Origin: a virus
Lineage: Duplodnaviria; Caudoviricetes
IMG/VR virus record: IMGVR_UViG_3300012940_000037
Span: 1 to 46,909 of that record
Strand: one strand, 5' to 3'
Length of the DNA: 46,909 bases
The notes below the pieces were generated by a model. It saw only the letters and a program-made list of their open reading frames with translations, was not told where the DNA came from and did not search any database. The position numbers were made by a program, and so were the translations under genes. Every line of letters starts with the position of its first letter. The stretch's first letter is position 1. This document shows positions 26,635 through 34,327 of the stretch, in pieces.

Positions 26635-26755
26635 TCTCCCCTTGTCTCAGGTGTCCCCATGCGCTAGCGTAAATGCGGATAACGTACCGTAACGGTGCGT
26701 TGTCGTGCATCAGTCCAGGAAAATGGATTGATGGGAGGGGACAAGTAGAGACAGT

Positions 26756-26857
26756 GGAGCCCCCGCGCGGCCGTCGCAGGGGCTCCGTGAACCATACGTA
26801 CCCGCAGACGGGCGGCATCGTCACGCCCGCCGTTGGGCTCGCTCACGCAAGGTTCAC
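26756..26857 (-). ncRNA. Putative antisense regulatory RNA in the integrase 3' UTR
   Basis: Basal stem 26857-26845/26799-26787 with a GAGCGA bulge, inner 8-bp stem and adjacent 12-bp hairpin; G-U pairs favour the minus strand; complementary to ten start-associated motifs. Confidence 0.6.
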
Positions 26858-26860
26858 CAT

Positions 26861-28051
26861 CTATGCTAGCGCCCTCCGCCCGCGAGCGAAAGCCGCGAAG
26901 TCCACTACCTGTGCCGACACAGCGTCAGAATGGTCAGTGACCTCCGGTTCGCTCGTGGGCTCTTTTGCTGTCTCCGGGGCCGCTGCGAGCGCGGCCAGCT
27001 CGGGAATCTTCTCCATGGCGTTCGCGGTCAGCTCCGGTGTGGCGTTCGCCCACGATGCGTAACGATCATAATCCTCATGGTCGTTGACATAGATGCGCGT
27101 CGTCTTCACGTCCTCGTGATCGAGCGCGATCTGTGTCAGCTCCCACGCGTCCCCGCGGTTCTGGTCGCTGGCTGCCTGCTTGCGCTGGTTCGCAAAGGTC
27201 TTGCGAAGGATATGCCAGCCGTCGCCGGCGCCGCGCCAGAGGCCGGCGCGTTGCAGTAAGGGGCGGATCACCTTGTCCGGGTTGGTCATGATGAAGTTGG
27301 GCGCCAGGATCGTCGGGCGCGTGTGCCCCTTGCGGGCGTAGCCGGTCGCAGTGAGCGCAGGGAACACGATCCAATTCGCGTGTGGCTCGTCCACGCCGAG
27401 TTCTTTGGCGTAGGCGTCGCGCCAGGCTTCGAGCACCGCGCGCAGGCGCGGGGTCAACGGCATCTGTTTGCCGAGCTTGCGACCCTTGTTGTTGTTCCAC
27501 TCGATGAAGCCTTCCTCCCATCGGATGTCGGCCCACACGAGCGGTTCTTGACCGGTCTTGTCTCCCACCACTTCGCCGATGCGGCGTCCGGTGAGGCGCA
27601 TGAAGAGCAGTAGGTAATAGTTGCGCAGGTGGGTCTTCCGGGCGACGGGCAGGAGTGTCACAAACTCCTCGTCGGTCAAGCGCCGGTCGCGCTTGGCCTT
27701 GGCGGTGTGCCGCCGCGGCGGCAGCTCTTCGGCATAGTTCACGTCGGGGGCGAGATGCCCCCGCTTCATCAACCACTTGATGATGTGACGCAGGTTCGAC
27801 TTGCGTTGCTCGTAGGCGCTGGGGGCCTTGGCCGCCACGTAGTCGCGGAAGAACCCTTCCACGGTCGCCATGGTGATGTCGGTTGTCAGTGCCTCGCGGT
27901 CCAGGCCGCGGGCTTCCTCGATGTAGCGGGCGAGCGTGCGGTAGACGACGCCGTAGTTCTCGACCGTACCGAGAGCGAGGTTCCGTAGGCCGATGAGGTC
28001 TTTCTCGTGGATCTTGAATGCTTCACGGAGCGTGATCGGGGTGAGGTCCAT
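26861..28051 (-). CDS. int: Tyrosine recombinase/integrase
   Basis: TGRRIGE (Arg), HILRKTF (HxxR), LDHEDVKTTRIY (His, Tyr). Confidence 0.92.
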   Translation of the reverse strand: MDLTPITLREAFKIHEKDLIGLRNLALGTVENYGVVYRTLARYIEEARGLDREALTTDITMATVEGFFRDYVAAKAPSAYEQRKSNLRHIIKWLMKRGHLAPDVNYAEELPPRRHTAKAKRDRRLTDEEFVTLLPVARKTHLRNYYLLLFMRLTGRRIGEVVGDKTGQEPLVWADIRWEEGFIEWNNNKGRKLGKQMPLTPRLRAVLEAWRDAYAKELGVDEPHANWIVFPALTATGYARKGHTRPTILAPNFIMTNPDKVIRPLLQRAGLWRGAGDGWHILRKTFANQRKQAASDQNRGDAWELTQIALDHEDVKTTRIYVNDHEDYDRYASWANATPELTANAMEKIPELAALAAAPETAKEPTSEPEVTDHSDAVSAQVVDFAAFARGRRALA

Positions 28052-28060
28052 TGCGTGAGC
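28051..28060 (-). promoter_or_regulatory. Start-associated motif GCTCACGCAA overlapping the int ATG
   Basis: GGAAGCTCACGCAATG. Confidence 0.75.
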
Positions 28061-28400
28061 TTCCTGGGTGTTTGGTTACTCTCTGTATACCCAAGCCACG
28101 AACGGAATAATCTTGGACGATTGGGAGTCACATCTTATCCCGTAGCCTTGGCCTGTTGGGCACAAAACCTTAAGACTCTTTGACGGATCTCGTCAACAGG
28201 TTCGCCCTATCACGGCGAACCTAGTCTTGGCTAGAGGACGAAAGGGGATCTTCGGGCCGGCTTCGCCGGATCGGGGCGAGGGGAGAGTTAGTCACTCTGA
28301 GCAGCCATGATGTAACGTTATGTAGTCGTGATGTTTAGCCCGCTTTGAGGCGGGCACATGATCTTTAGATCTTCTCTCTTATAGGCGCCCTTCGAGGGCG

Positions 28401-28433
28401 CCCGAACATGGCCGGCCTTCTGAGGGCCGGCCC
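28401..28433 (+). repeat. 33-bp direct repeat, copy 2, within hairpin cluster R2 (about 28195-28600)
   Basis: Identical to 646-678. Confidence 0.9.
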
Positions 28434-28613
28434 ATCGATCGATCGAATGATGGGCAGCCCCGGAAGGCTGCCAGATCGAACAATGATCGATGGCTTAAGG
28501 ACAATTGGCGGAGCCCCGAAGGGCTCCGCCCTTTTTGTTGTGTCCGAAAGACCTTCATGCCCTATCTCTCCCCTCGTCAAACGCGCGAAGCGCGACAAGT
28601 TAATCTCCTCGTG

Positions 28614-28629
28614 TGTGACCTACGTCACA
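28614..28629. promoter_or_regulatory. CRP/GlxR-type binding site
   Basis: Perfect TGTGA-CCTACG-TCACA. Confidence 0.6.
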
Positions 28630-28683
28630 CTACTAGTCAGTAGGAAGATCTTGACATTTAGGTCTGGACATCACGGGAATTAC

Positions 28684-28713
28684 TTGCAATCCCACAGGTC
28701 ACAGGCATACAGT
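28684..28713 (+). promoter_or_regulatory. Putative housekeeping-sigma promoter for the replication operon
   Basis: TTGCAA-N18-TACAGT. Confidence 0.5.
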
Positions 28714-28836
28714 CTCTTTACTCGCTTCGGGGGAAGCACTTCGATCCTGACGGAGGGTAACGAAACCGTCACGCAGGGTTATAGGTGTCTCGTCGTGGGT
28801 AAAACCTCGGTAAATCGCTCATCGGGGGTATCCCAT

Positions 28837-29745
28837 ATGCCAGCACTGACGCTTGAGCGTCTCTCATATTCGACGTTGGCCAAGCTCGACGCTTGTCCAA
28901 GCAAGCTCTACCTGAGTAAGGGCACGCCCTACAAGGGGCTGCCCTCGTGGGCCAGCGTCGGCGGTAGGGCGTTTCACAAGCTCGCGGAGGACTACGATCG
29001 CGCCGGCTGTCCCGAGTGGAGGCCGCTCGAATGGGCGACGATCGCTAGGACGATCTTCGCCGATGAGATCACGAGCGAGATCGACAAGACCGCGGTCCCC
29101 TCCGAGGAGTGGCGCATCTCCGGTCGCGCCTCGAAGGCGTGGCCGAACCGCGAAGACCGCGCATGGTGGGAGCACCACTTGCCCGAGATGGGCAAGGCGT
29201 ACGCCGCCTGGCGGGCGGCACACCCCGAGCTGGCCATCTGGGTGACCCCAGATGGCGAAGAGGCGATAGAGCTAGAGATCAAGGTTGCAGTCCCCGGTGT
29301 GCGGACTCCCTTTCTCGCGTTCATTGACAGGATCTTCACGGACGCCTACGCGGCCGGCTCGCTCGTGATCTGCGACCTCAAGTCGGGTTCGATGCCGGTA
29401 GAGGATCTGTCGCAGCTCATCTCTTACGCTTCGCTGATCGAGATTCGCTATGGCGTGCGCCCTCCTCGGGGCGCCATTTACGGCGCCCGCAAGGGCATCC
29501 TTCAGCCGATCACGAAGGATGGCCCATTGATGCCCTCGCTCGCTCACGTGTCCACGGACACATGGGTGAAGGGCGTGCAGGCGCGCGAGCGCATCATTGG
29601 TCTCGGGGAGTTCCCGGCAAAGCCGGGCCGGCACTGCGGCTGGTGTGACGTGCGAGACGCCTGCACGTGGGCGGCCGGCCGCGAGGCCTGGCGTTATGAT
29701 CCCCAGCACCCCGCTTACCGCGGTGACCTCGCCCTGGCTGTCTAG
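28837..29745 (+). CDS. PD-(D/E)XK Cas4/RecB-like exonuclease
   Basis: LSYS.L....CP, FIDRI, DLKSG, QL..Y, C.WC.V...C; real start probably 28837. Confidence 0.85.
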   Translation: MPALTLERLSYSTLAKLDACPSKLYLSKGTPYKGLPSWASVGGRAFHKLAEDYDRAGCPEWRPLEWATIARTIFADEITSEIDKTAVPSEEWRISGRASKAWPNREDRAWWEHHLPEMGKAYAAWRAAHPELAIWVTPDGEEAIELEIKVAVPGVRTPFLAFIDRIFTDAYAAGSLVICDLKSGSMPVEDLSQLISYASLIEIRYGVRPPRGAIYGARKGILQPITKDGPLMPSLAHVSTDTWVKGVQARERIIGLGEFPAKPGRHCGWCDVRDACTWAAGREAWRYDPQHPAYRGDLALAV

Positions 29746-29948
29746 CCGAGAATGCCCCTTCCGAGTAAAGGGGCGAGAATCTCAGCCACTTTCACAGGCT
29801 TAGGGTAGTTCGGGTATACCCCGACGCTTCCAGCGTCTCAGATTTCAGCTAGAAACACTAAAGGGACGGCTCAACTTTCCAGGGTCCCGCCGTCCCTCTA
29901 GTGGTCAACTCGGGAGCATGCTCCCTCGTTTCAACAGGAGAATATCAC

Positions 29949-30377
29949 TTGGACGGCTTCGGAATCCAGGTAAGTTTCAAGACACCGAATGACACGTTGG
30001 TCAACGTGAGGGGTAGCGACCCCACAGAGTTCGATCTTCACCTGGCACACGCCGTCGAGAGGGTCGAGCAGATCCACGCCGCCGAGGCGGCCTTCAAAGG
30101 GCTGGCTCCGCAGGACCTTCAGCAGGCCGCGGCCACCGTCCAGGCTGTCATGCCTGGCACGCAGGTTGTCTCCCCGCCGGCACCGCAGGTGCCCCCGCAG
30201 GGGGGCTATCAGCTAACGCACTGTGGACGTTGCATGCAGAGCCCCGTGTGCAAGACATGCCAGATGCCCGCACAGATCGTGCCGAGGTCCATCAAGGACG
30301 GCCAGTACTACATCCATGACTGCCCTAGCGGCTCGCGAGATCACAAGGGCTCATGGTGCAACGTACCTAAGAACTGA
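29949..30377 (+). CDS. Hypothetical protein with a C-terminal Cys cluster
   Basis: AGGAG RBS before TTG; lies between the exonuclease and helicase. Confidence 0.7.
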   Translation: MDGFGIQVSFKTPNDTLVNVRGSDPTEFDLHLAHAVERVEQIHAAEAAFKGLAPQDLQQAAATVQAVMPGTQVVSPPAPQVPPQGGYQLTHCGRCMQSPVCKTCQMPAQIVPRSIKDGQYYIHDCPSGSRDHKGSWCNVPKN

Positions 30378-30379
30378 GC

Positions 30380-31216
30380 TTGCTCTCACTCCATCGTTCC
30401 CTTGATGGAGACCTGTCGGCCGGCGAAGCCCTGCCGGCCGTCTATCAGGCGCTAGAAGATCACGACATCCGCTTTCACCGGTCCACGGTCGCTATGACCG
30501 CGGGCCGGCCTGGCGGCGGTAAAAGCATCTTCGCGCTTGATCATGCCATCAAGGCGCGCGTCCCCACGTTGTATATCAGTTGCGACATGTCGCGCTTCCA
30601 ATTGGCAGCCCGCGCGGCTGCCGCTCTGACAGGCGACAGCATCGCACACGTCAAAGAGGCTCTGAGTTCTGATGGACGAGAAAAATACAGGGCCGCCCTG
30701 AAGGGCGCCGATCACCTTTTCCTCGCTCTGGAGAAACGCCCCGACATGGCGGCTCTAGAGGATGTCCTCAACGCTTTTCACGAGCGTTGGGGAATCCCGC
30801 CCTATCTGGTTGTGGTGGATAACCTCATCAATCTTTACAGCGATGCCGGTGACGAATGGGCCGGCCTCCGCGAGATGAGCCACGTCATGGACTACTTCGC
30901 CCACGAGCTGGGCGCGTGCGTCCATGTGCTGCACCACATCAATCTCAGCGATTCGCTGGATAGGCCAGGCGGGATGAATGCCGTCAAGGGGAAGGTTGTC
31001 GAGCTGCCCTCGCTCATTCTGAGCGTCGCAAAAACAGACGAGGAATTTCGCTTCGCAGCGGTTAAGAACCGAGAAGGGCGGGAAGACCCTATGGCACAGA
31101 GTTACGGACGGTTGAGGCTCGATCCTCAAACCCTGACTCTCTCCGATCTGACACCCCAATGGCCTTACGGCCCGGCTCCTAACGCCCCTACGGGTAACTG
31201 GTCGCTGGCCGCATGA
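30380..31216 (+). CDS. DnaB-like helicase (C-terminal ATPase domain only)
   Basis: Walker A GRPGGGKS, Walker B VVVDNL, LHH, VKNR.G. Confidence 0.85.
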   Translation: MLSLHRSLDGDLSAGEALPAVYQALEDHDIRFHRSTVAMTAGRPGGGKSIFALDHAIKARVPTLYISCDMSRFQLAARAAAALTGDSIAHVKEALSSDGREKYRAALKGADHLFLALEKRPDMAALEDVLNAFHERWGIPPYLVVVDNLINLYSDAGDEWAGLREMSHVMDYFAHELGACVHVLHHINLSDSLDRPGGMNAVKGKVVELPSLILSVAKTDEEFRFAAVKNREGREDPMAQSYGRLRLDPQTLTLSDLTPQWPYGPAPNAPTGNWSLAA

Positions 31217-31464
31217 GGGTCACATGTGGTGGTTGCTCGAAAGAATGGGGCGGCCTCCGTGCCGCGCATTGCTCCCGCTGCCATCGAACGTTTTCCTCGG
31301 TCAATGCCTTCGACATTCACCAGGTGTGGACGAAGAAACCTTTCGTGTGCAACGAGCCTGCCGCTTGCGGCATGGTCTACGACAAAGACAAAGACCTCTA
31401 CCGCTTCATGAACCCCGACGAGGAGAAAGATGCGAACGGGACCGTTCACTCTCCGGCTAGATGA
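31213..31464 (+). CDS. Zinc-binding protein (FDxHR-like)
   Basis: CGGC..W.G...HC.RCH.TFS...FDIH. Confidence 0.7.
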   Translation: MRVTCGGCSKEWGGLRAAHCSRCHRTFSSVNAFDIHQVWTKKPFVCNEPAACGMVYDKDKDLYRFMNPDEEKDANGTVHSPAR

Positions 31465-31774
31465 AAACAACCTGACCGACCTTTATCTTGTTCGGCCGGA
31501 TGGCGACGAGCTTCTCATAGCCGGCATGGTTGTTGACGACAAGGAATACGGCAACGCCGTTGTAGAGGTTATTAACGCTGCGATCGGCTGGGCCGATGCT
31601 CGCTATCGGCAGATAGAGGCAGAACAGGAGAAGGCCATGATCTGTAGCCATTGCGCGGACAAGGATCACGACAAGTGTAAGGGATGCACCTGTCAGCATC
31701 GCCCGTTGACGCTGATCCTGAAGCCTGAAGGCATCGACAGCGGCGAAGCCGTTGGGGACATCGGTGGGCAGTAG
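31430..31774 (+). CDS. Hypothetical protein with C..C..H..C..C.C.H
   Basis: GAGGAG RBS. Confidence 0.6.
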   Translation: MRTGPFTLRLDENNLTDLYLVRPDGDELLIAGMVVDDKEYGNAVVEVINAAIGWADARYRQIEAEQEKAMICSHCADKDHDKCKGCTCQHRPLTLILKPEGIDSGEAVGDIGGQ

Positions 31775-32135
31775 GGCCTACAACAAAGCGAAAGGCGCCA
31801 AAGCCGAGAACGACGTCGCAGGTTATCTGCGTGATCACGGTTATCCAGACGCAGACAGGCGAATCCGTAACGGTCGCAACGACCGTGGTGATATAGGCGG
31901 CGTTCCTTACGTCGTCATTGAGGTGAAGAACACTGCCAGCTATGCCGGCGAACTGGCCGGCTGGTTGGCCGAAGCCGAGACGGAGCGCCGCAACGCCGGC
32001 GCTGATGTGGGGCTGGTATGGCACAAGCGCAAAGGGACACAGGACCCTGGCCAATGGTACGTGACCATGACGGGCGAGACAGCAGCGCTGTTCATGCGGG
32101 CGCTCAGCAACTATTTGAACCCGAACTCTCCCTAG
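31764..32135 (+). CDS. Holliday junction resolvase (PD-(D/E)XK, Hjc-like)
   Basis: KAKG..AE..V..YL, D.GDI, IEVKN, E..NA, KR.G. Confidence 0.8.
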   Translation: MGSRAYNKAKGAKAENDVAGYLRDHGYPDADRRIRNGRNDRGDIGGVPYVVIEVKNTASYAGELAGWLAEAETERRNAGADVGLVWHKRKGTQDPGQWYVTMTGETAALFMRALSNYLNPNSP

Positions 32136-32152
32136 CCCTGGACGAATCCAAG

Positions 32153-32440
32153 ATGCCACCGAACGCGAAGAAACTCCTCCGCATAGCGGAAGAGGAAGGC
32201 TGGCAAATAGGTGTCGTCTCGCTCGTCGCTCGCATCAACCGGCCCGACGCGCAACCGTTCTATGCGAGCTGGCACTTCAAACACGGCAAGTGGGCTTTCC
32301 ACGAGTGCAGGGCTCTTAGCCCGATAGGTCACGGCCTGGTGAAGCTGAACATTCGCGATGCGTTCATCTACTTGCAAGACCCGACAGTGATATATCCCGA
32401 AGATCCGGAGGAGAACGAGGATGGCCAAGGCCACGGTTGA
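32153..32440 (+). CDS. Hypothetical protein (start uncertain)
   Basis: Fills the operon gap. Confidence 0.55.
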   Translation: MPPNAKKLLRIAEEEGWQIGVVSLVARINRPDAQPFYASWHFKHGKWAFHECRALSPIGHGLVKLNIRDAFIYLQDPTVIYPEDPEENEDGQGHG

Positions 32441-32693
32441 CACTGTTACTAAGACCGTCTCCAAGGAAGTCGCCGAGAAGGTTTACGTCCTGACCCTCAC
32501 GGAGGATGAGGCGATGTCGCTTCGCGCCCTCACGGGCGTTGGTCGTGCCGGCGACGGCATCGAGCCGACCTATTGGAAGCATACCGACGACATTTACAAC
32601 ACGCTTAGGCGCGCAGGCGTGCCGGCCGTCTGGTCGCACGAGCGATTCACCTTCAGCAGTGCCGGGTTTCAGGGCAAGCGAATCAGCAACTAG
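32421..32693 (+). CDS. Hypothetical protein, paralog of 32714-32980
   Basis: Shared TKTV.KEV.EKVY.L.LTE.EA. Confidence 0.75.
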   Translation: MAKATVDTVTKTVSKEVAEKVYVLTLTEDEAMSLRALTGVGRAGDGIEPTYWKHTDDIYNTLRRAGVPAVWSHERFTFSSAGFQGKRISN

Positions 32694-32713
32694 GCGAACG
32701 GAGAAAACGAATC

Positions 32714-32980
32714 ATGGCTACTGCTGTTGCCAAGGTCGAGACGAAGACCGTCGAGAAGGAAGTTCGGGAGAAGGTTTACAAGCTGGAGCTGACCGAGCTA
32801 GAGGCGAAGGTTCTGCTGTACCTCCTGGGTCAGGTGGCCGGCGATCGGCTCACGAGCTACCGGCGAGAGACGAGCAACATTTTCGCCGCTATGCGTGTCG
32901 CTGGTGTGCCCTGGCACTATGCGACGGAATACGTGACTGGCACCGTGTCGGCTGCCGCCCTGAAGGCGGAAGACGCGTGA
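32714..32980 (+). CDS. Hypothetical protein, paralog of 32421-32693
   Basis: Shared TKTV.KEV.EKVY.L.LTE.EA. Confidence 0.75.
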   Translation: MATAVAKVETKTVEKEVREKVYKLELTELEAKVLLYLLGQVAGDRLTSYRRETSNIFAAMRVAGVPWHYATEYVTGTVSAAALKAEDA

Positions 32981-33390
32981 ACCTGGTCGAGATCTTCGAG
33001 AAGTCGAAGGCGTTCCTCGAAGCGAACGCCTGGGGCCAGACGGCAGACAGGCAAGAGGACTCCGAAGCGCCTGACGGCTTCAAGTATTGCGCGCAGGGCG
33101 CCATGGTTTACGGCGCCTTCGGCGCTGTCGGCTACTGCACAACTAACGCCCACTACCACGAGGGCGATTGCGAGCCTGACGAGGACGGCGACTGCTGGCG
33201 CGGTCCTTCCGGTGAGCGGGATAAGTCTTTCAAGGCGGCTCGCGAATTCCTGGACGATCTGACGCAGAAGATCAGCGACCGGCCTTACGCCGGCCTCACC
33301 TGGTACAACGACGACCTTTGCCGAACGAAGGAAGACATGATAGCGGTCTTCGATAAGGCGATCGAGAAGGCACGAGAGGGCACGGCATGA
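32977..33390 (+). CDS. Hypothetical protein (W.Q..C..GA..WYND...RT...I..FD.A; DUF6197-like)
   Basis: GTGA overlap; motif common in actinophages. Confidence 0.65.
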   Translation: MNLVEIFEKSKAFLEANAWGQTADRQEDSEAPDGFKYCAQGAMVYGAFGAVGYCTTNAHYHEGDCEPDEDGDCWRGPSGERDKSFKAAREFLDDLTQKISDRPYAGLTWYNDDLCRTKEDMIAVFDKAIEKAREGTA

Positions 33391-33746
33391 AAACCTACAA
33401 CCTCGGCGCCGGCCATCTGCATTACCGGCGAGCCGGAGAGGACTGCTTCTGCGCCCTCGGCATCTACGCCAAGGAAAAGGGTTACTCCGTCGAAGAGATC
33501 GACCTCAAACGGTACATGATTTTCGAGGACCTCAAGCACTTCAAGGACATCCAAAAGATGGCCGAGATCCTTACAAGTGGCGAAACCGGCGATGCGATTA
33601 AGGCTGTCTTCTGCGCCAATGACGACTATGACAGCGCTCGCGCCGCTTACACAACTCCGCCCGAGAAGATCAAGGAAGCGCTTTCGGCTGTGGGGATCAA
33701 TGTCGAACTGAACGACTGGCGTATGGGGCGGCCCAATGACGGATGA
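33387..33746 (+). CDS. Hypothetical protein
   Basis: ATGA overlap; FCALG..AND. Confidence 0.65.
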   Translation: MKTYNLGAGHLHYRRAGEDCFCALGIYAKEKGYSVEEIDLKRYMIFEDLKHFKDIQKMAEILTSGETGDAIKAVFCANDDYDSARAAYTTPPEKIKEALSAVGINVELNDWRMGRPNDG

Positions 33747-33924
33747 GGGCGTACACCGCTACATCGCGCTAAAGAAGGCTGTTCTCGCCAACATGCGACG
33801 GATTCAAAACGAGTTGGCGCGCATGGACGCCTTGACATCGGAAGGCCGAAGCTTCGCTCTTCGGCGGATTCAGGTCATCCTTGACGACCCGTTCGCATCC
33901 AATGGACCTACGGCCAGTCCTTGA
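33736..33924 (+). CDS. Hypothetical protein
   Basis: Coupled small ORF. Confidence 0.5.
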   Translation: MTDEGVHRYIALKKAVLANMRRIQNELARMDALTSEGRSFALRRIQVILDDPFASNGPTASP

Positions 33925-34327
33925 CGCCTACGACGTTGAGTATCGGGGATCGGGCAACCATGTCATCAGGTGCCCTTTCCCCGATCATGACGAGCGTAAC
34001 GCGAGCTTTAGCGTAGATCCCTCTAGGGGGATCTGGTTCTGTCACTCGTGCCCATCGGAGCCGCAAGGCGGCGGGGTGTTCGACTTCATCCAACGCATGG
34101 AGGGCTGTTCTCGTGCAGAAGCTAAGCGACGAGCAGTTGACCTCGTTGGAGGAGTCATCTCGCGAGTACGAGATGACTCTGATGGAGAGTCCGGAAGCTC
34201 TCTCCTACCTGGCTGGGCGAGGGCTAAGCACGGCTTGCGTGGACAGGTTTCGTCTCGGCGTGGTGCCGGCAGAGCCGGCGCCCGAACATCGAACCGTCGC
34301 AGGCCGTCTCTCGATCCCCACGCTTAA
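33902..34327 (+). CDS. DNA primase zinc-binding (CHC2) subunit
   Basis: CPFPDH.E..ASF.V....W.CHSC...G.VFDFI..MEG. Confidence 0.8.
   Translation: MDLRPVLDAYDVEYRGSGNHVIRCPFPDHDERNASFSVDPSRGIWFCHSCPSEPQGGGVFDFIQRMEGCSRAEAKRRAVDLVGGVISRVRDDSDGESGSSLLPGWARAKHGLRGQVSSRRGAGRAGARTSNRRRPSLDPHA

Noticed and set aside
26664-26846. 60-aa ORF in the integrase 3' region
   Set aside because: It has no RBS and an unremarkable translation; the region is better explained by RNA structure.
1610-26855. Inverted 15-bp copies (1610-1624 and 26841-26855) as an invertible segment for the tyrosine recombinase
   Set aside because: They lack the dyad-plus-spacer form of tyrosine recombinase core sites and are better explained as members of the start-associated motif family; not fully excluded without read data.
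26640-28200. tRNA-derived attP core near the integrase (for example GGGGGCTCCA on the minus strand at about 26755)
   Set aside because: There is no T-arm sequence upstream and it forms one arm of a hairpin; attP cannot be located without a host genome.
28408-28836. 143-aa N-terminal extension of the exonuclease in the ORF track
   Set aside because: It runs through the hairpin cluster, CRP site and promoter; recognisable protein starts at the ATG at 28837.
28837-29745. Cas4-like nuclease as evidence of a CRISPR system
   Set aside because: Stand-alone Cas4/RecB-like exonucleases are routine in actinophage replication modules.
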